Source: Squalus acanthias (lineage: Eukaryota). Taken from it: a stretch of DNA of 64,000 bases. Below are positions 40,001 through 50,339 of the stretch, piece after piece. Within the stretch, counting starts at the first letter, position 1. Each line of letters starts with the position of its first letter. The notes beneath the pieces are model-generated. The model was not told the DNA's origin and did no database searches. It was given only the letters and a program-made list of their open reading frames with translations. The translations under genes were made by a program, and so were the position numbers. The stretch lies in the NCBI GenBank assembly GCA_030390025.1, contig CM059433.1, forward strand, positions 7,504,001 through 7,568,000, written 5' to 3'.

Positions 40001-40366
40001 CCGTCCGGTTTTATTCTTATTGTTTTTCTTAGTGTTTTTTTTTACAACTGAGTGGCTTGCTAGGCCATTTCAGAGGGCAGTTAAGAGTCAACCATATTGC
40101 TGTGGGTCTGGAGTCACATATAGGCCAGACCAGGTAAGGATGGCAGATTTCCTTCCCTAAAGGACATTAGTGAACCAGATGTGCTTTTGCGACAATCCAA
40201 TAGTTTTATGGTCACCATTACTGATACTAGCTTTTTATTCCAGATTTATTTAATTAACTGAATTTAAATTCCCCAGCTGCCGTGGTGGGATTTGAATTCA
40301 TGTCTCCGGATCATTAGTCCAGGCCTCTGGATTACTAGTCCAGTAACATAACTAATGCTACCATTA
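37066..40366 (-). mobile_element. Near full-length, disrupted CR1-group (Zenon-like) LINE with one APE-RT ORF and a tRNA-SINE-like 5' region
   Basis: APE: VLLTNIWGL..PDIVILTES..VGDFNVHH..SDH. RT: NYRPISLLSIISKVME, MFADDCT, KAQVKSVIEYS. An A-rich tail lies at 37066, and the 5' region 40050-40366 has a B-box-like GAATTCAAATCCC. Confidence 0.9.
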
Positions 40367-42789
40367 CAGATTCATCTTGCAGCTTTATCCTGAACCTCGC
40401 ACAAGGGTCAGAGGAAACCTTTCCATGGCAGGTCTAGGAGTTCTGAACCTTGAAGGAGAATTTGTATACCACAAGCTTAACCTGCATTAGGACTGACAGC
40501 AAAGTGCCCTTCGTCCCATCTCAATACAGTCCCAAAGGATTGTGCTGTCATCCACCATGATCCGGGGATACTAATAGGAATTAACAACTGGAACGATATC
40601 CTTTGTATCTTCCAACTGATACTTCAAAAATCTTATCTCGAGCTATACAAAGCTGTCATACTGCACTTGAGGGCACCCATCACTAATCCAACTGGTTAGC
40701 TCATTGTTCAAGATGGTGAGTAAAACACACAATCACCAGTTGAGTCTGCCAACAACACAATATATCTGAGAATATTCTTTAAAAAAAAGAGAATGAATTA
40801 AATGATTAAGAAAATATTAGCAAGACCAGTTCCACTCTGAAGTAGAAATCCTACTGGTCAGAAAAGGGGAGAAAATGAGCAAGAGAAAAAAATTCTAGTC
40901 ATAAACACACACATATATAATTTATTTTAGGGTCAAACCTCAGTAACTTAAAATATTTTATGTAAATTATTACACAACAATGTTATGAAATTTCAAAGAA
41001 AATGTCAATCGTGATAAAACAATCCTTGTGTATTCCAATAACATTCTGCACTCGGTCAAAAATCAATACTTTAAAACAGAAAATCAACTAAGTGGACTGA
41101 AGAGTTGGACTGAAACCAACATTAAAATAAATAAACTTTCACAACTGGCTATCCTGTGGGAATCATTATAAAGAAAACGGATTCTTTGAGTTCATTTATT
41201 TCAGTTCCTTGTTATTAATTTATAAGCTTACTATAAAGCCAAAGACCAAATCAAATATCCAACCCAAATAGTTCAAACTATTCAAAACACATTAAAGCTA
41301 CATTTTAACATTACTAAAAGGTTTGTTCCTAGACCAGAAAATCTTCTGCAACGAGTTCCTTCCAAAAATACAGCAATAAAGAAAATTATAAATCTAACAC
41401 TGCATCCTGAGTGAGGCAACGTAAAGCCACATGATTTTACAAAGATAGATCTTAATTACTGTAATTCTTCTACAAAAAATGTAGCAAGAAGCTACTCCTA
41501 CACTTATGTTGTGTTAAAAATGTGTTTTGTAAAATAAACTCTGCTGCAATCTCTCCATAGGTTAAACATCAGTTAATACGAAACATAGAGTTACATTTGT
41601 CTGGTCAAAAGTTCTCCTTTTTGTTTGTGCAATGCTACTGGAATCAAATAGTATACAGATTTCAACAATCGTCCATCTCATTCCATATAGAAAACTCTTC
41701 TGTTGGTATTTAGCTACTCTTTCCCATGTTCATATTCCTAAGTCCATAAATCTTCTGTTCCAGTGCTAAGAATACAACAGTCTTTGCAGCTTGGTAACAA
41801 TATAATTAAATTCTATAAATTTACTTTATATGAAATATTTTCTAATGTGAAATATTGGAGTGTATGCCAACTAGTAATAAAATCATATCCTGGTAAATAT
41901 CAACCTTTACCATTATGTACAGTTATATATATGGCTATTCAAATACGAATGGATTATACACCCAAGGATATAACTGACAATATTAATATTTTATGTTGTT
42001 TAAAATTATAATGCGTACACTCATAAAAATAAGCTAGCAATGGGAGAAACCATTAGCTATAACCACCTAAGGTTATTTGTCTGTGTCAGTAACACACACA
42101 AACAAAAGAACTCCCAATATTCTGTAAAGTAAAAGACTTGACAGCTGGTTATATTTATGGTGCAAAGAAGTCCCTGTAGTCCTCAAAGGATCATATAATT
42201 AAAGGAACTGTCATTTTAAATTATGCCCTAAAAATAACTTTTATATCGAGAAGCCACTAAAATATATTTCCCACTCAGCCACATTTTTCTTTAGTAGTTT
42301 TATAAATAAACTAATCACAGAATGTCCCTGGTCCATCATTTTAATTTTAATGATGAGACGCGCTAATGGCTCACATAACAGTACATATTTCTGAAATTCA
42401 GCAGATAACTGGCATTCCTTTTGAATTATGTTAACCACTCTGTCCTAGATTCACTATCAATGGCATTTTCAAAAAGATAACATTGAGAAAATAGACATAT
42501 AGTAACTAATAGCAACTTTGCAGAGAACAATCCATTCACATGCCAAAGTGGTGCACAGAAAACCAATGGCTGTCAAATGAGTTTTATTTGCTAATCATTT
42601 AGCAACCATTTTTTTTTGCTGTATATGTTTTCCGATATACCACTTGGTGACTCCAAGGATTTTTAAAAAAAAGTAAAGGGTAACAAAATGAATGAACTAT
42701 CTGCTTACAGTTCTAGTATACAGTAGAATGGGATGGCCAAGGTCCTCTATTGAATGAAATGCACTGTCATTTTTTTTTAAATACAATAA

Positions 42790-43185
42790 GTGTCAGCCGT
42801 CGCTCAGTTGGTAGCACCCTTGCCTCCGAATCAGAAGGTTGTGGGTTTAAATCCCACAAAAATCTAAGCTGACACTCCAGTGCAGTACTGAGGGAGTGCA
42901 GCACTGTCGGAGGTGCCGTCTTTCGGATGAGACGTTAAATCAAGGGGGAACGTAAAAGCCCCCATGGCGCTATTTTGAAGAAGAGCAGGGGAGTTATCCC
43001 CGGTGTCCTGGCCAATATTTATTCCTCAATCACCATCACTAAAACAGATTATCTAGTCATTATCACATTGCTGTTTGCGAGAGCTTGCTGTATGCAAATT
43101 GGCATTTCCTACATTACAGTTCAAAAAGTACTTTATTTAGCGCTTTGGGACATCCGGCACTATATAAATGCAAGTCTTTTTCTTT
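42790..43185 (+). mobile_element. SacSINE1-like Deu-domain SINE
   Basis: tRNA head gctcagttggtagcac..ggtttaaatccca, Deu core and tatataaatgcaagtc tail. Confidence 0.9.
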
Positions 43186-45055
43186 TTCACAAGGTTAAAA
43201 TGATATGGGTAACTTCAAAATTTTAACTAATCGACTTTAAACATAGTTTCTTTAAAGAAAGCAAACGTAACCCAAGATAAATTCATATAATAAATGCATT
43301 TTTTTTTAAATTTAAAATGTTTTACACAAGCAAATTAAAATTAAATCATGGCAAAGTCAGGTTTTCACTGTGTGGCATACATGAACTTTATGCAAGTGAT
43401 ATCATGCAAGCAAGTATTTTTAAAGGCACTGAAAGGTATTTATTGTTCATCGTGTAACTATATAACACACAAGAAATCAACGTGTTTATAACTGATGTTA
43501 AACAAGTAGAATGGGCTGTCATTTAAATTAAATTTAATTCAACTGAACCAATAGTCACAAGGCACAAGATTGTGTTATCTTAAAATGCTTGTAAACACAG
43601 GCAGACCGGTTTTCCTAAAATAAGCATAAACGGTTTCAACGATGCCCACTTCTATTGTAACGGCAGGGCAAGTCCCAAGACCGGTGGTTATAGTAGGTGC
43701 AAAGCCCCACTTCTGTTTTCACATCAAAATCGAATCTTTCTATTAATCGACAATGTATAAACATATATGCATATGAAGGAATTGCTTTAAATTAAATTGT
43801 ATTCCTGTTTACAGCGCTTATAAGTGTAATATTTATAACATTTAAATTCAACACAATCACGACTGTTGTTATGAAAGCTCAAACGCTGGATTTACAATAC
43901 CACACATTATTTCATACACTTATTTTATACTGTAATATTTTTAAACTGCCATACACCAATAAATGCACGTATAGATGTGCTTACTCCAACATTATATCTG
44001 GTGTTGATCATTCGTCGGTTTCAAAATATGTATTTTTAGCAGTGCAGTTATTTGTCTGAACAAAGAGCCAGTTTTATCCTGTCAGAAGCTTTTGTTTTTG
44101 TGCGCGCTGAAGACTGAAATTGTTTTCTTCCTCCCAAACCATTATCATACAACTAATTTAGTCACCGATATCAGCATATTAACATCAAAGGAAAATACCC
44201 AAAACATGAAAACGATACCTCCTTTCTTGGGAGGGATCGTCTCGTTCCTTAAAAATGTAAATATTGTACTAATTTGAGAGAATCTGGCTTTTATTGCGAG
44301 AGCAGCAAATGAAACACACACACACACCGTCGACCGACACAAACCATTTGCTGAGCAGACTCTTCCCAAATAGACCGGTTTAATAAGGCATTGCAGCACA
44401 TAGATAGATCCAAGAGAAAAATATTCAGGCATTCTTCTGTGAACCTCACGGCTCGTTGTCAATTTGGGAAACGTTTCTTAAAAAGTTTTCATTTTAATCA
44501 CTATTATTAATAATATAATTAGACTTAATGCCGAAAACAACAGAGGGCATCGTCTCAAGCCAAGGCACAACAACAACAAAAAACCCAATCCCTGCACCCA
44601 AATTAGCTTAAATAACTGGCGCAGACATCGCCTCCTTCCTCGTCCTGTGTCCCATTTCCAGTGCATTGTTTTCCGATTCATGTTCCCTTCCCCACCCACC
44701 AGAAAGCTTGTACTTCGCTCGTTTATTTCCCCCTCCCTCACTCAGGTTTCCCGAGTCTTAATGTCAGTGCAACGATATAGCTAGCACGGCTCGCATTTTA
44801 CTCGCCACAAGCAGAATGGATCTGGATTCCGATCCGGGGAAGGACGGGGGGGAACAGGGAAGGAAACCGATCGGACGGTAGGGGAATAAAAAAGAGAGCG
44901 AGCGAGAAACCCCGAGCTGGCGGCCACGGTGGATGTTAGCAGCAATCCCAATCCCAATCCCAAATTTATTCACACCGAAGTATTAATTTGGTGCGGTGCG
45001 GGCCGGGGGCCCGAAGTTTGTTGAAGTGGAAGGGGGAACGGCTGGCTGCACCTAC

Positions 45056-45181
45056 CTCCTCCAAGGCGGCCACCGTGTTCTTGCACTGGCTCATTTTGGT
45101 GGTGAAGCTGGAGGCAGTCGGAGATTTGTAGTCTTCGTTGGTCTCGGCCACGAATTCCGACACTGTGATCTGGTCCGGCAT
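45056..45181 (-). CDS. ASAP2: First coding exon of ArfGAP with SH3 domain, ankyrin repeat and PH domain 2 (start of the BAR domain)
   Basis: MPDQITVSEFVAETNEDYKSPTASSFTTKMSQCKNTVAALEE (126 nt, phase 0) followed by the donor GAG|GTAGGT. FVAET, YK.PTASSF and QC.NTVAA match ASAP2 better than ASAP1. Confidence 0.93.
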
Positions 45182-45309
45182 CGTAAACTCCTTTTCAGTA
45201 ACACACCTTTTTTCTTTCCTTCTTCACGCTGTGTGTGTGTGTGTTGGTTGGTGGGTGGGTTTTTTTTTCTCCTCACATCAGTAATGTAGAGATGACCCGA
45301 CGTATGTGT

Positions 45310-45342
<33 letters not shown>

Positions 45343-45430
45343 TTTTTTTTGAAAAGGTGGTGGAAAAGTTCAAACAGCGATTTCCAACCGACCCTTTCCA
45401 GCGCGCGCTCCTCCCTCACTCGTTCGCTCG

Positions 45431-45664
45431 GCGCGCGCGCTCACACTGCTCGAGCCGCGGACGGTGACGGAGGCGAAGGAGGAGGGGCGAGAGAGAGAGA
45501 GAGAGCGCGCGCGCTCACACTGCTCGAGCCGCGGACGGTGACGGAGGCGAAGGCGGGAAGGAGGAGGGGCGAGAGAGAGAGAGAGAGCGCGCGCGCTCAC
45601 ACTGCTCGAGCCGCGGACGGTGACGGAGGCGAAGGAGGAGGGGCGAGAGAGAGAGAGCGCGCGC
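45431..45664. repeat. Three tandem copies of a 70-82 bp GC-rich unit
   Basis: Unit gcgcgcgcgctcacactgctcgagccgcggacggtgacggaggcgaagg..ggggc(ga)n starts at 45431, 45505 and 45587. Confidence 0.97.
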
Positions 45665-45821
45665 ACTGGGTTGTCCGCTTCCCTTCAACACAGCCGACCG
45701 ACCGACCGTTTTTTTTAAAAAATCGTTTCTACGGTGAGATGTTTTGGTGAGATCAACTCAAACGCTAACTTAACCACAAAAAAAAATGAAACTTCACACA
45801 AATTAAATTAAAATTTTAGTT

Positions 45822-46500
45822 AGTGTCAGCTGTGGCTCAGTGGGTGGGTCGGTAGCAACACTCTCAGCCTCTCTTGAGTTCAGAAGGTTGCGGGTTCAAC
45901 AGCCCCCCACTCCATGGGACTTGAAGCACCATTAAAGCTATAGAGACTGACACTCTCCCAAGTGCGCAGTGCTGAGGGAGTGCCGCACTGTCGCAGGTGC
46001 CGTCTTTCGGATGAGAGCCGCAATGTCGCAGGTGCCGTCTTTCGGATGAGAGCCGCACTGTCGCAGGTGCCGTCTTTCGGATGAGAGCCGCACTGTCGCA
46101 GGTGCCGTCTTTCGGATGAGAGCCGCACTGTCGGAGGTGCCGTCTTTCGGATGAGAGCCGCAATGTCGCAGGTGCCATCTTTCGGATGAGACGTTAAAAC
46201 CGAGGCCCCGTCTGCTCTCTCCGGTGGATGTAAAAGATCTCCATGGGCACTATTTTGAAGGGCAGGGGAGTTATCCCCAGTGTCCTGGCCAATATTTATC
46301 CCTCAATCAACATAACAAAAAAACTGATTATCTGGTCGTTATCATGTTGCTGTTTGTGGGAGCTTGCTGTGCGCAAATTGGCTGCTGTGTTTCCCACATT
46401 CCTACAGTGACTCCACTTCAAAAGTACTTCATTGGCTGTAAAGCGCTTTGAGACGTCCGGTGGTCGTGAAAGGCGCTATATAAATGCAAGTCTTTCTTTC
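45822..46500 (+). mobile_element. Full-length SacSINE1-like Deu SINE with an internal tandem expansion
   Basis: tRNA head (tggctcagtgg..gggttcaac), Deu core and tail to 46500. Confidence 0.92.
45982..46191. repeat. Six copies of a 35-bp unit
   Basis: gccgcactgtcgcaggtgccgtctttcggatgaga x6, head to tail with no spacers. Confidence 0.98.
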
Positions 46501-46885
46501 TTACTGGGGTTGATGAAGCACTCCAGTCCCTGCGGTGCCCACCGGTCGCGCGGAAGGCCTCGAGCGTGCCGGCGGACACCGCGTGCTCCATCTCCAGGGC
46601 CATCCGGGGAGCGAACGTGGCCGCGGAAGAGAGGCAGACAGGCAATCGGGCCCGAACGGCCCCCCTCGACCACCCGCTGCCTGGACCAGTTGATGGCCAC
46701 TTTGGCCAGGCCCAGGAGCAGTCCCACGAGGAGTTCGCCCGACCGCCCGCCTCCCGCACCGGGTGATCAAAGATCAGGAGCGTGGGACTGAAGTGCAGCC
46801 AGAAATCGAGGAGCAGCCCCTTCAAATAATGGAAGAGGGGCTGCAACCTCTCACAATCCATATAAACATGGAACACGGACTCCCG
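46501..46885 (-). mobile_element. Tx1-clade LINE ORF2 C-terminal fragment
   Basis: ESVFHVYMDCERLQPLFHYLKGLL.., GLLLGLAKVAINWSRQ.., RDRWAPQG across frames. Confidence 0.75.
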
Positions 46886-47079
46886 CAGCCGCTGGCTGTC
46901 TGCTTCCCCCAACCGACCGTTTGCTCCGCTCCCAGCTTGGCCTTTCTTTTCCCCATCTCTCTTTTTAATTGTTGTTGTTTCTCTCAACTTTTCCAGTTCT
47001 GACCAAGGGTCCTCGAACACCGAAACGTCAACTCCCTCGTTTCTGGCCAATATATTTAATCCCTCAACCAACATATATT

Positions 47080-47345
47080 CAAAAGCAAAATACTGCGGAT
47101 GCTGGAAATCTGAAATAAAAACAAAATGCTGGAAATACTCAGCAGGTCAGGCAGCATCTGTGGAGAGAAACAGAGTTAACGTTTCAAGTCAATGACCCTT
47201 CGTCAGAACTGGAAAAAGTTGGAGATGTAACAGATTTTTAAGCAAGTGTAGGGGCAGGGAAAGGGGGGAGGGGAGGAAAAACAAAAGGGAAGGTCTGTGA
47301 TAGGATGGAAGGCAGAAGAGATTAAGAGACAAAAGGGATGATGGT
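47080..47345 (-). mobile_element. Penelope-like terminal fragment with hammerhead motif (47174-47210)
   Basis: Minus strand AGTT CTGACGA A GGGTC ATT GACTT GAAACGTT AACT. Confidence 0.7.
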
Positions 47346-47381
47346 GCATATATCTATATACAGATTTTTAAAAACCCAGAT

Positions 47382-48430
47382 CAGTGCTGAGGGAGCGCCG
47401 CACTGTCGGAGGTGCCGTCTTTCGGATGAGACGCTAAACCAAGGCCCCGTCTGCTCTCTCAGGTGTAAAGTTGAAGTTAGATTACTTTGTGCAAGATTAC
47501 TTGGAGAAAATTTTTCACCCAGAGGGTGGTGGGGGTCTGAAACTCACTGTATAGGCTGGGGTTGTTTTCTTTGGAACAGGAGGCTGAGCGGGGGGCCTAA
47601 TTGAGGTGTATAAAATTATGAGGGGCCGAGATAGAGTGGATAGGAAGGACCTATTTCCCTTACCAGAAGGGTCAATAACCAGGGGGCGTAGATTTAAAGT
47701 AATTGGTCGGAGGTTTAGAGAGGATTTGAGGAGAAATCTTTTCACACAGAGGGTGGTGGGGGTCTGGAACTCACTGCCTGAAAGGGTGGTAGAGGCAGAG
47801 GCCCTCATCACATTTAAAAAGTACTTGGATGTGCACTTGAAGTGCCGTAACCAACAAGGCTACGGACCAAGAGCTGGAAAGTGGGATTAGGCTGGAGAGC
47901 TCTTTGTCAGCCGGCATGGACAAGATGGGCCGAATGGCCTCCTTCTGTGCTGTAAATTTCTATAATTCTATGAACCAACATAACAAAAAACACAGATTAT
48001 CTGGTCATTAACGCATCGCTGTTTGTGGGAGCTTGCTGAGCGCAAATTGGCTGCCGCGTTTCGCACATTACAACAGTGATGTTGGCCATCAACTGGTTGG
48101 CCATCAACTGGTCCAGGCAGAGGGGGGGGCATTCGTGGCCCGGGTGGCCCTGGAGATGGAGCACGCGGTGTCCACCGGCACACTCGAGGTCTTCCGCGAC
48201 CGGTGGGCACCGGAGGGACCGGAGTGCATCATCAGCCCCCCGAAAACAACATTTTTAATTTAATTTGTTAAGTTTCATTTAATGTTTTTGTTAAGTTATA
48301 GTTTGTTTATTGTTTCCACTAAAAGAGCTACAACAATGACTCCACTTCAAAAGTACTTAATTGGTTGTAAAGCGCCTTGAGACGTCCGGTGGTCATGAAA
48401 GGCGCTATATAAATGTAAGTCTTGCTTTCT
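47382..48430 (+). mobile_element. Deu-domain SINE split by a CR1 3' end (about 47500-47972) and a Tx1 3' end (48080-48328)
   Basis: SINE segments at 47382-47465, 47973-48079 and 48329-48430 are colinear. CR1 ORF 47606-47890 reads YKIMRG..FTQRVV. Confidence 0.85.
48080..48328 (+). mobile_element. Tx1-clade LINE 3' end with target-site duplication
   Basis: Reverse-complement match to 46510-46700, flanked by tacaacagtga (48069-48079) and tacaacaatga (48329-48339). Confidence 0.8.
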
Positions 48431-48599
48431 TTTTTTTTCTCTCTCCTCGATGCTGCTGAGTGTTTCCAGCATTTTCTGTTGTTTAATTTTTTTGTTTGTC
48501 AATTTTTTTTGTCTTTTATAATACTCCTGTGCAGCGCCTTGGGACGTTTCACTTCGTTAAAGGCGCTACATAAATACAGGTGGTTGTTGTTATTTCCAG

Positions 48600-48730
48600 A
48601 ATGGGTCACGTGGCTCGGTCTCGCGCGCGTGCACGCATCGGCGTATCACGGCGGAGGAGGGTGGGCGCGCGCACACCCCGAACGATTGATTGATGGGGAG
48701 GGGGCGGGATTTCCGGCACGTGAAATTGTA
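48600..48730 (+). promoter_or_regulatory. Second CpG-rich promoter-like element, possibly divergent from ASAP2
   Basis: Two CACGTG E-boxes, a GGGGCGGG GC box, an ETS-like TTCCGG and GCGCGC runs in non-repeat DNA. Confidence 0.55.
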
Positions 48731-49344
48731 TCAGAGTGAGGGAGGATTGTATCTGTGTGACGAGCAAATGAGTCTAGTCTTCAGTTACCGTGTAGCGGGG
48801 GTCGGGTTTTTGGAATCATTTCCAGAAAACTGTCGTAGTCAAAACAATCCAAGCAGTGTTGTCGGGAATCATTGCGAGATGAAGTGACCAGATCCTTCAC
48901 CTCTTGCTTCAATGCTGAGATTTCGGCAAAAAAAAATATCGGGTGTTGTTTTTTTTTAGCTGCTAAAATCTCCGACACATTCTCGTTAGTCCTAATTTTG
49001 TGTTTCCGTTCAGAAGTTCCAGTGGCTTAGTCACGGGTGACCTGTAAGGTAAGTTATTCGAGACTGGGACGCGGAGACTGTTCACGCCCTCGCCACTCAT
49101 TCTTGGTGTTACAAACGCAGTGATAGGAAGTTACAACACCTGATTGTATTTTAGCCCGCAAGTCCTTATAAAGGTTGTACTCTGAGAATCCCAGAGGCCC
49201 AGGTGCCGCTGAGTTCCTGTATTTGCCTGGTCGAAAGAGTTGCCCAATTTTGCTCGTCATTGAATTGATGAGAAACGATGCCCATGTGGGCACATGATGC
49301 GGAGATGCCGGTGTTGGACTGGGGTGGACAAAAATGAGAAGTCG

Positions 49345-49628
49345 CCATTAATTGGTCCAGGCAGCGGGCGGTCGAGGGGGTCGTTCGGCCCGATTGCCTG
49401 CCTCTCTTCCGCGGCCATGTTCGCGCCCGGGTGGCCCTGGAGATGGAGCACGCGGTGTCCGCCGGCACGCTTGAGTTTTTCCGCGACCGGTGGGCGCCGC
49501 GGGGGCTGGAGTGCATCGTCACCCCGGACTTCCAAATTTTGATTTGATTTATTAAGTTTCATTTAAAGTTTTAATTGATTTACAGTAAATTTTGATTTGT
49601 CCAACCTGATTTGTCCAACCAAAAAGAG
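49345..49628 (+). mobile_element. Tx1-clade LINE 3' end
   Basis: Matches 46510-46690 inverted and 48100-48260. T-rich 3' UTR ends in aaaaagag, as the 48080 copy does. Confidence 0.78.
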
Positions 49629-49800
49629 CAACACCAGGTTATAGTCCAAGAGTTTTATTTGAAATTACGAGCTTTCGGAGCGCTGCTCCTTCTTCAGGTA
49701 CAGTGTACCTGTACCTGACCTGTCACTGTACCTGACGAAGGAGCAACGCTCGGAAAGCTCGTAATTTCAAATAAAACTGTTGGACTATAACCTGGTGTTG
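49629..49800. repeat. 172-bp foldback with about 77-bp arms; Penelope-like ends, each with a hammerhead motif
   Basis: 49629-49705 and 49724-49800 are near-perfect reverse complements. Confidence 0.92.
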
Positions 49801-50339
49801 TGCGACTTCTCATTCATGTGTGCACAAACATCTATGCGTTTGCATAGTGTTGACAAGTTTTAAATCGGAGGTTGTGGCATTGAGTTTGAGCACTTAATCT
49901 GACATTTAAGTGCAGTACTGAAGGAGTGCTGCATTGTCAGAGGTGCCATCCTTTACATGAGATGTTAAACTGTGTTCCAGTAATTCAAGTTTTTTGAGAC
50001 AGAAACTGTTTCCGTGACCATAGGACACAGATTTAAGGTAATTGGAAAAACAGCCACAGGCGAGATGAGGAGACTTTTTTTACACAGCGAGTTGTCATGA
50101 TCTGGAATTTACTGCCTGAAAGGGTGGTGGAAGCAGATTCAATAGTAACTTTCAAAAAGGGATAAATACTTGAAAAGAAAAAAAATGCACAGCTATGGGG
50201 AAAGAGCAGGGGAGTGGAACTAATTGGATAGCTCTTTCAAAATGCTGGCACTGGCACTGTTTGAAGAAAAGTAGGGAGTTCTTCCATTGCCCACATCAAT
50301 ACTTTTTTGGAAAATAGAGATCTAACTTGCTGGTAAATA

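Larger units (their letters stand above)
44800..45720 (-). promoter_or_regulatory. CpG island covering the promoter and 5' UTR of ASAP2
   Basis: High CpG density around the first coding exon, with (TG)n(TA)n and (GA)n microsatellites. Confidence 0.8.

Noticed and set aside
42790..42860. tRNA gene
   Set aside because: It is a SINE head that runs directly into the Deu domain. The same holds at about 31100, 45822 and 56612.
44966..45055. Extension of the ASAP2 ORF to 71 aa in the ORF track
   Set aside because: It reads through the splice donor into the intron.
45235..46178. Repetitive ORFs near the promoter
   Set aside because: They are by-products of tandem repeats.
45982..46191. CRISPR-like array of 35-bp repeats
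   Set aside because: Units are contiguous with no spacers, lie inside a SINE, and there are no cas genes in this vertebrate sequence.
46418..47074. 218-aa ORF as a host gene
   Set aside because: It is a patchwork of Penelope-like, Tx1 and SINE sequence.
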